Source of the DNA: Thermodesulfobacteriota bacterium
Lineage (GTDB): Bacteria; Desulfobacterota_D; UBA1144; Nemesobacterales; JAJCZQ01
Assembly (NCBI GenBank): GCA_965203965.1
Contig: CBDBDR010000017.1
Location: 1,312,001-1,376,000 of the forward strand
Length of the DNA: 64,000 nt
Reading direction: 5' to 3'
A program made the translations under genes and the position numbers. Numbering within the stretch: the stretch's first letter is position 1; each line of letters starts with the position of its first letter. The notes under the pieces were generated by a model. It did not search any database. It was not told where the DNA came from and saw nothing but the letters and a program-made list of their open reading frames with translations. Positions 20,274 to 28,314 of this stretch are shown here, in pieces.

Positions 20274-20744
20274 ATGAGTAATAATATAGTAAGTAGTGGA
20301 GACAATAAAACAGAAAGCAATGATGATGAAACAAATAACAAAGGAGGTGACGGCAACCTAGAGATATTAATAAATGTGTTGTTTATGTGCTTTTTATTAA
20401 TTAGCATTATAATTCTTATGGAATTGTTACTTAATAATGAGGGAATTAAGCTAGTTAAAAAATATCCATTACCATTTGTTATTATATCAACGTCTATCGT
20501 TGCTGGTAGTTTCTTCATAATAAAAACTTATATTAGAAGTGAAATAGGTATCAAGGAGGTAGAAATGGGTAAGGAATTTAGAAAAGATATTAAGGAATTT
20601 ATTGCTCAGCAAAAAATAGAATTTGATAAGCAAAATGCAAAGTTAGAGCAAATACTTGAAAATACAAGAAATGAAAATACGAGAACTGAAAATACAAGAA
20701 CCTCGACAAATGTTGATCAGGGAAATAAGCAATCTACCGGTTAA
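20274..20744 (+). CDS. Two-TM membrane protein with coiled-coil tail (IS passenger, paralog A)
   Basis: Two hydrophobic stretches; core LPFVIISTSIVAGSFFIIKTYIRSEIGIKEVEMGK is shared with 21977-22537. Confidence 0.75.
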   Translation: MSNNIVSSGDNKTESNDDETNNKGGDGNLEILINVLFMCFLLISIIILMELLLNNEGIKLVKKYPLPFVIISTSIVAGSFFIIKTYIRSEIGIKEVEMGKEFRKDIKEFIAQQKIEFDKQNAKLEQILENTRNENTRTENTRTSTNVDQGNKQSTG

Positions 20745-20750
20745 AGCCTA

Positions 20751-20795
20751 CTAACCCACCAATTCTCTATACCTCAACCTTATATCATCAACACC
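20751..20795 (-). pseudogene. Remnant 3' end of a second IS1595 transposase
   Basis: Minus strand encodes GVDDIRLRYRELVG* versus GLLGKKLSYRELVG* of the intact transposase; 26/30 nt identical over the last 10 codons. Confidence 0.75.
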
Positions 20796-20897
20796 ACTGT
20801 ATCATCTAAATCCATTATACAACTTATCAATTTTACCCAAGGTTAGGGTTGCTATTTTTTTGGTTGTTTTAGCCATAAAAACATCCGATAAAAAAAC

Positions 20898-20934
20898 TTG
20901 ACATTAGCTAAATATCAGGTAGTATAGTGCCGTA
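20898..20934 (+). promoter_or_regulatory. Putative transposase promoter overlapping a TIR-like motif
   Basis: TTGACA at 20898-903 and TAGTAT/TATAGT at 20920-28; ATAGTGCCGTA (20924-34) equals the inner end of the right TIR plus 2 bp. Confidence 0.6.
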
Positions 20935-20958
20935 ATAATATAGAAGGAGATATTATAT

Positions 20959-21960
20959 ATGGCACGCAGTGGCAAGGTAAGTAGGGACAAAGTAAGTTTA
21001 TACGAGTTTTTTGAGAGGTTTCCAGACGAGGGGTCAGCAAGGCGTCATTTTGAGAGCATATTATGGGGAAAGGATGAGAATGGTAGAGATAAAAACAGGT
21101 ATTGTCCGCATTGTGGGAGTGTAAGGACATCTGAGTCAAAGCATGCAACGATGCCATATAGGTGTAAGGATTGTGATAAGCGGTTTAGTGTTCGGACAAA
21201 TACGGTATTAGCGGAGAGCAACATACCTTTACACAAGTGGTTAATGGCGATGTATCTACTGAATACTAATCTCAAAGGCGTATCAAGCATGAAATTAGCA
21301 AGGGATTTGGGGGTAACTCAAAAGACGGCATGGTTTTTAGCACATAGGATAAGGAAGGCATTTGAGGGTAATAGTATTTCAATAACCACTCCAATAACTA
21401 CTGGGGGAATAGGAACTACTGGAGTAAAAGAAGATGGAGTAGAGGCAGATGAGACTTATATAGGTGGTAAGGAAAAGAACAAGCACAGTGGTAAAAAACT
21501 AAAGGGTGGTAGAGGGACAGTTGGCAAAGTTCCCGTGATAGGGATAAAAGATAGGGGTAGCAATAAGGTAATGGCAAGGAGTATAGCAACTACGGATTCA
21601 ATTACCTTACATAGGTTTATCGTAAGGAATGTTAAGACGGGATCGGATATATATACGGATGATTGGCTTGGTTATAAAGGGTTAGATAAGAAGGGATTTA
21701 AGCATTATACGGTTACTCACAGTGTTGGGGAATATGTTAATGGTGCTGCTCATACTAATGGTATTGAGTCTTTCTGGAGTATGTTAAAAAGAGGTTATAT
21801 TGGTGTGTATCATAGAATGTCCGTTAAGCATCTACAAAGATATATTGATGAGTACGTGGGACGGCATAATTTGAGACCTCTGGATACTATGACCCAAATT
21901 ACTGAAATTATTAACGGCTTGCTCGGGAAAAAGCTGAGTTATAGAGAACTGGTGGGTTAG
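20959..21960 (+). CDS. IS1595-family DDE transposase
   Basis: Zn ribbon CPHC...YRCKDC; HTH VSSMKLARDLGVTQKTAW; EADETYIGG, IYTDDW and HTNGIESFWSMLKRG; YIDEY. Confidence 0.96.
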   Translation: MARSGKVSRDKVSLYEFFERFPDEGSARRHFESILWGKDENGRDKNRYCPHCGSVRTSESKHATMPYRCKDCDKRFSVRTNTVLAESNIPLHKWLMAMYLLNTNLKGVSSMKLARDLGVTQKTAWFLAHRIRKAFEGNSISITTPITTGGIGTTGVKEDGVEADETYIGGKEKNKHSGKKLKGGRGTVGKVPVIGIKDRGSNKVMARSIATTDSITLHRFIVRNVKTGSDIYTDDWLGYKGLDKKGFKHYTVTHSVGEYVNGAAHTNGIESFWSMLKRGYIGVYHRMSVKHLQRYIDEYVGRHNLRPLDTMTQITEIINGLLGKKLSYRELVG

Positions 21961-21976
21961 TAAGGGTTAATAAGTA

Positions 21977-22537
21977 TTAACTATCTTCTTTTTGATCTCT
22001 CGTTGGGTTAACCTTGTCTACTAAATCACTTACATCCTTAACCATTTTTCCTAAGTTTTGGTATTGTTGATCAAGTCCTGTAAGTAACTGTTTAGATTCT
22101 GTGAATCGTTTATCAAGTTTTGCCAGTTGCTTATCAAATTTTGTGGAATATTGCTTAAATTTCTTGTCTTGTTTTTCATTAAATTTTTCAATAGCTTGCA
22201 TAAAGTACTTACCCATTTCTACCTCCTTAATACCTATTTCGCTTCTAATATAAGTTTTTATTATGAAGAAACTACCAGCAACGATAGACGTTGTTATAAT
22301 AACAAACGGTAATAACTGCCCATCTCTTTCATCAAGATTAATCCCTCCAAAACTAATCCCTCCACCGTATAATACTTTTATGAAAACTCCTATACCAATT
22401 ATTAAAAATAATGCAAACAATACATCAACTGTTATCTCTAGTATGTTAACCCGTTTGTTATCATATTTGTTCTTCTTTATTGTCTCATTTTTGCTCTTTG
22501 TTGTTTCCTCTCCACTATTTATTATATCATTACTCAT
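21977..22537 (-). CDS. Two-TM membrane protein with coiled-coil tail (IS passenger, paralog B)
   Basis: Same core as 20274-20744; N-terminus MSNDIINSG versus MSNNIVSSG; upstream regions are homologous. Confidence 0.75.
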   Translation of the reverse strand: MSNDIINSGEETTKSKNETIKKNKYDNKRVNILEITVDVLFALFLIIGIGVFIKVLYGGGISFGGINLDERDGQLLPFVIITTSIVAGSFFIIKTYIRSEIGIKEVEMGKYFMQAIEKFNEKQDKKFKQYSTKFDKQLAKLDKRFTESKQLLTGLDQQYQNLGKMVKDVSDLVDKVNPTRDQKEDS

Positions 22538-22647
22538 AGCATATCAATTTTAATCCTTTTTCTCTTTTGTGCTTATATTTTATCATATTTTGTAATTTTA
22601 CAACAACCAAAAAAATAGCCATAAAAAAACATGTTATTATGAAAATA

Positions 22648-22670
22648 CGGCACTATTGTATATAATTCCC
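22648..22670 (-). repeat. Right terminal inverted repeat (23 bp)
   Basis: cggcactattgtatataattccc followed by the target duplication aaaattaa. Confidence 0.95.
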
Positions 22671-23216
22671 AAAATTAATTTTTATATTAAGTTCCACTAA
22701 CAATTTTGGCAAGGGGAAACAATCAATTTTTTCCTCTTTACAAATGGATGGAATTTTTTTGAATAATTTACCATCATTAGCGCTTTTTGATTCTTCCGTT
22801 ACGATGACGGGTTTTACAGTTTTTTCTTTTTTATTGATATTAATAGCGTGAAGTATAAGTTGACAATCTGCTGATTCTATAAATTCTTTTTTTCTTCTTC
22901 TAAACTCTTCATCTGTTAGCGTATTCTTTTGCTTACTAACACACCAATTATTATCTAACTTGTTATGATGTGTTTTGTCTATTGCAATTTTACCAGGATG
23001 TTTTTTTATGTTCTTCAAAAACTCTAATTTCTTTACAATCAAACTGTCATTTACTTTGCCGCATTCACTAAAGACTGATTTAAGTAAAATGAAATTTCCT
23101 GATTCTAATTGTTCCTCAATAAAGTAATAAAGTATCTTTTTATCATCAAAACATAAGTAATATCTAACTAAGGACAGAAGCGAGGACGTATCTATCAAAT
23201 ACAAAGTTCTACTCAT
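22653..23216 (-). CDS. DUF4411 family PIN-like protein (C-terminus supplied by the IS end)
   Basis: YLIDTSSL, SADCQLI, VIVTEE and KIPSIC motifs; overlaps the upstream ImmA gene by 8 bp. Confidence 0.8.
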   Translation of the reverse strand: MSRTLYLIDTSSLLSLVRYYLCFDDKKILYYFIEEQLESGNFILLKSVFSECGKVNDSLIVKKLEFLKNIKKHPGKIAIDKTHHNKLDNNWCVSKQKNTLTDEEFRRRKKEFIESADCQLILHAININKKEKTVKPVIVTEESKSANDGKLFKKIPSICKEEKIDCFPLPKLLVELNIKINFGNYIQ

Positions 23217-24366
23217 AAATAAACCTATCTATATCCTTTTCTTTAAAATGTGATAAAACTTCATATTCTCCTACAACTCCTTCAAAATAAGCGTTTAAAT
23301 AAATGTCTTTTTCTAACGGGGAATAAATAGGTTTGGGTGACCTTCCTTTTTTGTGTATTCCCATTTCCCTATTGTGTTCTCTTTCCGATTCTTTTTTTTG
23401 TTCACGTTCTCTCTGTTCTTTCTCCAATTCTTGTTTTAACGAATAATATTTGTTCCATGAAATAGCTTTTTTACCGAACAAATATGTGAAAATTGCCAAA
23501 CGGCTTATATGATATTTTTGTGAAAAGGTTTTAATTTGCTTGTTATTACAATTTGGCTCTTGTTTGAATATGTCTGGTAATTTTTCTTGAAAATCTTTTG
23601 ATAGAAAAGCAAACGCAAATTCATTACACCATTTTTCTACTTCGTTCAATTCACCATTATTGCTTGTTTTCAGTGTTTCATCATCCAATTCTTCTTCTTG
23701 TAATAAATAGTGACCCAACTCATGTATTAAGGTGAATATCTCTCTCTTTAATGAACCCTGTTGTCTCTTGATCACAATGTTATTAGGTGCAATAAAAAAC
23801 CCGTCTATGTTTGCTTTGTTTTTTTTATTCCAAGTTTCCACAAATTCTAAAACCAAGATGTTGTGTTCGGCAAAATTCTCAATTAGAGCTTTCAGAAAGT
23901 CTCTATTTTGTTGGATGATCTCTTTAGGGTAAAGGTTCCCCCTGATCTGTTTGGCAACTTCTTCAGGTGGATCATTTAGGTTGAATGTATCAAGTTTCTC
24001 ACTTGCTTTATAATTAGAGAGTTTAGATAATGCAGATAAAGAATGAATACGTGTCTCCATTTTGTGAACAATTTCCCTGCCTCCTAAAGTGATAGTAGAA
24101 TTAAATGTTGTTTTTCTAAAAAATATGCTTGCATTCTTTTCTCTTTTTAATTCTTTTGGATCAGTATAAAAAGAAAGACCTTCACCAAATATTTTGTCTA
24201 TTTTTTTGAGATGACTGACTTTTATATTACCGCCAAATATATGTTCTTCTTTGATGGGATTCTTTAATCCTTCATTTATTTTTTCCAATAGACTTCTTTT
24301 AGAAAGTCCAAAGAGTTCCATCATGTATTCAATTCTTTGAGGATTTATCTTTATATATTCAGTCAT
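23209..24366 (-). CDS. HTH + ImmA/IrrE-family zinc metallopeptidase
   Basis: IDGF, REIFTLIHELGH (HExxH) and EKWCNEFAFAFL; N-terminal HTH-like region. Confidence 0.88.
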   Translation of the reverse strand: MTEYIKINPQRIEYMMELFGLSKRSLLEKINEGLKNPIKEEHIFGGNIKVSHLKKIDKIFGEGLSFYTDPKELKREKNASIFFRKTTFNSTITLGGREIVHKMETRIHSLSALSKLSNYKASEKLDTFNLNDPPEEVAKQIRGNLYPKEIIQQNRDFLKALIENFAEHNILVLEFVETWNKKNKANIDGFFIAPNNIVIKRQQGSLKREIFTLIHELGHYLLQEEELDDETLKTSNNGELNEVEKWCNEFAFAFLSKDFQEKLPDIFKQEPNCNNKQIKTFSQKYHISRLAIFTYLFGKKAISWNKYYSLKQELEKEQREREQKKESEREHNREMGIHKKGRSPKPIYSPLEKDIYLNAYFEGVVGEYEVLSHFKEKDIDRFIYE

Positions 24367-24405
24367 TGGATAACTCTTCCCTCATCCAGTGTTTGTCACC
24401 TTATA

Positions 24406-25095
24406 TTACCACATTTCCTTAGTAGCACATTCGCTCAAAAAACTTTCAAAAATTTGTTTTGACTGCTCAGTTTCTTCTAATTCGGGGTGCCATTGAATTC
24501 CTAAAACGGAAATATCCCTGTGTTCTATGCCCTCTATGATCCCATCGGGAGACTCGGCATTGATAGCAAGTCCGTTTCCCAATTTATCAACTGCCTGATG
24601 ATGGTAGCTTTTGACATTAAACTCTTTTTCCCTCAAGACGTTGTGCAGTTTTGAGTTATTTTTTAGTTTGATCGGATGTACTGCCCCCTCTTCATGTTCA
24701 AGAGAATTATCAATCAATGTCCTTATATCCTGATGTAACGACCCGCCGTAAAAAACATTTATAGACTGCATACCGCCGCAGATACCCAGAACGGGTTTTT
24801 TATTTTCAAAAGCTGTTTTCAGTACAATAAACTCGGCTTCGGTTCTTTCCTGACTCATGGGGTTTAATTTTGAATGGGGTTCCTGATGATAGTAGCGGGG
24901 ATCCATATCCCTTGAACCGGGCAGTAGTAAACCATCAACCTTTTGCACTATATCTGCAAGATAGGATCGCTGCTGTTCAACAGTGGGTATTAGTATGGGT
25001 AGTCCGCCATATTTGACTATGGCTTTGGAATAACATTCTTCAATGGAGTTATGCTTGTCTTTAAAGTCAGTTGTAATTCCGACAAGGGGTTTCAT
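24406..25095 (-). CDS. Peptidase C26 / gamma-glutamyl-GABA hydrolase-family glutamine amidotransferase
   Basis: VLGICGGMQ, SYHHQAV and GIQWHPE. Confidence 0.9.
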   Translation of the reverse strand: MKPLVGITTDFKDKHNSIEECYSKAIVKYGGLPILIPTVEQQRSYLADIVQKVDGLLLPGSRDMDPRYYHQEPHSKLNPMSQERTEAEFIVLKTAFENKKPVLGICGGMQSINVFYGGSLHQDIRTLIDNSLEHEEGAVHPIKLKNNSKLHNVLREKEFNVKSYHHQAVDKLGNGLAINAESPDGIIEGIEHRDISVLGIQWHPELEETEQSKQIFESFLSECATKEMW

Positions 25096-25122
25096 TGGGA
25101 TTGGTGAGGTAAGTATTCCTAA

Positions 25123-25980
25123 TTAGTAACCTCCCCTTGCCATATCTTCTAACTTTGCAATTCTTTCCTCCATCGGTGGATGCGTGCTGAAGAGTTTGGC
25201 AAATCCACTTCCTATCATGGGGCTTACTATCATCATGTGTGCGGTGCTTTCTGCGGTCTGCTCGCTTACATTAAGTGATGTTCCTGTGCATGCGAGATCC
25301 TTATTATCCAGTTTTCTCAGAGCTCCGGAAAGATAAAGCGGGTTTCCGCAAATCTCCGCGCCGCTTTTATCTGCAACAAACTCTCTTGTTCTTGATATTG
25401 CCATTCTTATAAGGGATGCAGCCAGCGGTGCAAGTATCATCATTGCAATAAGTGCAAATGGATTACCTCTGTCCCTGTTACTTCCACCTCCAAAGAACAT
25501 TGCAAAATATGCAAGATACGTAATTGCAGTGGAGATCGTAGCAGCAATAGAGCCGATAAGTATGTCCCTGTTTTTAATATGAGCCAACTCATGGGCGATT
25601 ACTCCCCTCAGCTCGTTCCTATTCAGTAACTTCATTATTCCCTGAGTGAAGGCGACTGCTGAATGATTCGGATCTCTGCCGGTTGCAAAAGCGTTGGGCG
25701 ACTGCTCTGGTATGATATAAACTTTCGGCATTGGAAGTCCTGCGTTTTGGGTAAGCTCTTGGACATCTCCATAAAGTTCAGGCTGATCTGCGTAGGTAAC
25801 CTCTTTTGCGTGATACATCCGCAAAACGATCTTGTCGCTCCACCAGTAGCTTGCAAAGTTCATCGCCAAGGCAAACACAAGTGCAATCATTGCTCCGTTC
25901 TGTCCGCCGATATATCCACCCATCCACATCAAGAGTGCGGATAAAGAGGTGAGAAGTATAATGCTTTTTAAGGTGTTCAT
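25123..25980 (-). CDS. htpX: Zinc metalloprotease HtpX
   Basis: PNAFATGR, AHELAH, SRTREFVAD and STHPP; GAGGAG RBS before ATG 25980. Confidence 0.93.
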   Translation of the reverse strand: MNTLKSIILLTSLSALLMWMGGYIGGQNGAMIALVFALAMNFASYWWSDKIVLRMYHAKEVTYADQPELYGDVQELTQNAGLPMPKVYIIPEQSPNAFATGRDPNHSAVAFTQGIMKLLNRNELRGVIAHELAHIKNRDILIGSIAATISTAITYLAYFAMFFGGGSNRDRGNPFALIAMMILAPLAASLIRMAISRTREFVADKSGAEICGNPLYLSGALRKLDNKDLACTGTSLNVSEQTAESTAHMMIVSPMIGSGFAKLFSTHPPMEERIAKLEDMARGGY

Positions 25981-26134
25981 TGTTTTCTCCTCGTATTTAT
26001 AAGACTGATAAGCAAATAATAACAACTATTTGTCCAACTTCAATAGGTGTTGTTACCTTTATCATTCATCATTAAAATCTATTGCTTTTTAGCCGTGAAT
26101 AGTTAAACCTTACCTTTTCAGGAGATCAGTTGGA

Positions 26135-28066
26135 ATGGGTATAACTTATCCAAAGTCACACCAGATAATTGTAATTGGAGCAGGTCATGCAGGTTGTGAG
26201 GCAGTTTTGTCAGCAGCGAGGATCGGATGCAGGACTTTAATGCTTACTGCCAATATTGACACCATAGGTTTAATGTCTTGCAATCCGTCTATCGGAGGTA
26301 TTGGCAAGGGGCATTTAGTTAAAGAGATAGATGCCTTGGGGGGTGAGATGGGAAAAGCCGCAGATCACAGTGCGATCCAGTTCAGAAGGCTTAACACCAG
26401 AAAAGGGGCGGCGGTTCAGGCAACAAGGATACAGGCGGACAGGCAGTCTTACAGAAGCTATATGAAAAAAATACTTGAGTCGGAGAAAAATATTGATATT
26501 AAGCAAAGAATGGTTGAGAGTTTCATTACAAAAGGGGATTCAGTAGTTGGTGTAAAAACCGGATTGGGAGAAGAATTTTTTGCAGATGCAGTGATAGTAA
26601 CACCCGGCACTTTTCCCAATGGGCTAATTCACATTGGTTTAAACCGTATATCATCAGGAAGAGCAGGAGAATCTGCTGCCAAGGGAATTTCAAACTCATT
26701 TGAAAGTCTCGGTTTTAAGGTCGGTCGTCTAAAGACCGGCACACCACCGAGATTTGATGGTAGAACTATCAGATGGGAAGCCACTGAAATCCAACGGGGA
26801 GATGAGAACCCTATACCTTTTTCCTTTTCAAACGACACGATCCACAGGGAGCAACAACCTTGCTACATAACTTATACTAATAGTAAGACCCACGAAGTTA
26901 TAAGGAACAACATTGATAAATCTCCTCTTTTTTCAGGTCAGATAAAGGGCGTAGGCCCACGCTATTGCCCATCAATTGAGGATAAGATAGTAAAATTTCC
27001 CGATAAGGACCGACATCAGGTTTTTTTAGAGCCTGATGGTGCAAATACCTATGAGATATACCCAAACGGTATGTCAACCAGTTTGCCACTGGAAGTTCAG
27101 TATGAACTTGCAAGAACCATAGATGGACTTGAGAGAGTAGAAATAATGAGGCCCGGATACGCGGTTGAGTATGACTACCTTGAGCCAACACAGTTAAAAC
27201 CGACCCTTGAATCAAAGCTGATAAATAACATCTATTTTGCGGGACAGATAAACGGGACAACAGGTTATGAGGAAGCTGCAAGTCAGGGATTTGTTGCTGG
27301 TGTAAACGCTGCTTTGAAGGTCAGAGGTAAACCGCCGTTTATACTGGACAGGTCTCAGGCATATATTGGGATTTTAATTGATGATCTTGTAACAAAAGGA
27401 GTGGATGAGCCATACAGAATGTTTACCTCCAGAGCTGAATACAGACTGATCCTTCGTGAGGACAATGCGGATCTACGGCTAAGAGAGATTGGAAATGCCA
27501 TTGGTCTTGTGTCTGATGAGGACTGTGCAAGGAGCAAGTCCAGAGGAAAAAGCATAGAAAAGGAACTTGAAAGGCTTGAGAATACAAAAATTATGCCCTC
27601 TAAGAAAATCAACGAGATATTAGCTGGTTTGTCCAGTCCTGCTATGAAAAAGCCCCAGAGTCTCAAGGAGTTGTTGAGAAGACCTGACTTTTCCTACGAA
27701 AAATTAAACTGCCTTGATCCGGGTTTTGCATACACTGAAATTGCACCCGTTGTTTCTCAAGTTGAACTTGAAGTTAAGTATGAAGGATATATCAAGAGAC
27801 AGGCGGAGCAGATTGAAAAATTCAAGCGACTTGAGAGCATAAAAATTCCCGAAGGATTTGCCTATAGTAACATTCCCGGGTTATCAAAGGAGATTGTCCA
27901 GAAATTGAGTTCTGTTAAGCCCAATACCCTCGGCCAGGCGACGCGAGTCTCTGGAATAACACCTGCCGCAATATCTGTATTGATGGTTTATCTAAAGAAA
28001 AATGGAGAGGTAGGAAACTCAAGTTATTCTGATTCTTCCGTTAGATCTGGATCTTCATCTTCATAG
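26135..28066 (+). CDS. mnmG: tRNA uridine-5-carboxymethylaminomethyl synthesis enzyme
   Basis: GAGHAGCEA, MSCNPSIGG, GPRYCPSIEDK and AGQINGTTGYEEAA. Confidence 0.97.
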   Translation: MGITYPKSHQIIVIGAGHAGCEAVLSAARIGCRTLMLTANIDTIGLMSCNPSIGGIGKGHLVKEIDALGGEMGKAADHSAIQFRRLNTRKGAAVQATRIQADRQSYRSYMKKILESEKNIDIKQRMVESFITKGDSVVGVKTGLGEEFFADAVIVTPGTFPNGLIHIGLNRISSGRAGESAAKGISNSFESLGFKVGRLKTGTPPRFDGRTIRWEATEIQRGDENPIPFSFSNDTIHREQQPCYITYTNSKTHEVIRNNIDKSPLFSGQIKGVGPRYCPSIEDKIVKFPDKDRHQVFLEPDGANTYEIYPNGMSTSLPLEVQYELARTIDGLERVEIMRPGYAVEYDYLEPTQLKPTLESKLINNIYFAGQINGTTGYEEAASQGFVAGVNAALKVRGKPPFILDRSQAYIGILIDDLVTKGVDEPYRMFTSRAEYRLILREDNADLRLREIGNAIGLVSDEDCARSKSRGKSIEKELERLENTKIMPSKKINEILAGLSSPAMKKPQSLKELLRRPDFSYEKLNCLDPGFAYTEIAPVVSQVELEVKYEGYIKRQAEQIEKFKRLESIKIPEGFAYSNIPGLSKEIVQKLSSVKPNTLGQATRVSGITPAAISVLMVYLKKNGEVGNSSYSDSSVRSGSSSS

Positions 28067-28200
28067 TTGGATTCCTCTTCTTCCAGTTCATTATCATAAA
28101 GATCCATCTCGTCTATTTCTTCCCCTATATATCTGGTGCTATCTGGTTCTTCGAGCATCTCAAAAAGGTCTTTTACTTTATTCTTTCTTTGTTGTTCCAA
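28024..28200 (-). CDS. Putative small highly acidic protein (58 aa); not in ORF track
   Basis: TTG start after GGAG; (M)EQQRKNKVKDLFEMLEEPDSTRYIGEEIDEMDLYDNELEEEESNYEDEDPDLTEESE. Confidence 0.5.
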   Translation of the reverse strand: MEQQRKNKVKDLFEMLEEPDSTRYIGEEIDEMDLYDNELEEEESNYEDEDPDLTEESE

Positions 28201-28314
28201 TAGGTTTCTCCGTCCTGTTGTTCAAGGTGTGTCGTTTATAATTTTGTAACTATTATTTTCAAAAAATTTTTTTTGGCAATACCAAGAAATTAATAACACA
28301 AATGGTGAGCCATT

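Larger units (their letters stand above)
20179..20873 (+). repeat. Imperfect ~42-bp direct repeats (20179-20219 and 20831-20873)
   Basis: ttttactcaaggttagggttgctacttttggttgttgtagc versus ttttacccaaggttagggttgctatttttttggttgttttagc. Confidence 0.85.
18988..22670. mobile_element. Cargo-carrying IS1595-family element (probably ISNwi1-like group), 3683 bp
   Basis: Perfect 23-bp TIRs GGGAATTATATACAATAGTGCCG (18988-19010; reverse complement at 22648-22670); 8-bp direct repeat AAAATTAA at 18980-18987 and 22671-22678; IS1595 transposase inside. Confidence 0.95.

Noticed and set aside
20119..20873. Integron attC sites or cassette array suggested by GTTAGGG repeats and hairpin
   Set aside because: GTTAGGG does not fit GTTRRRY, no RYYYAAC/L-box arrangement is evident, the second copy lacks a 5' arm, and no integron integrase is in the window
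20179..20873. CRISPR-like repeats
   Set aside because: Only two copies ~650 bp apart, and no regular repeat-spacer array or cas genes were seen anywhere in the window
20469..22313. Near-identical ~105-bp cores of paralogs A and B as a DGR template/variable repeat pair
   Set aside because: The four differences are not adenine-specific and no reverse transcriptase is present
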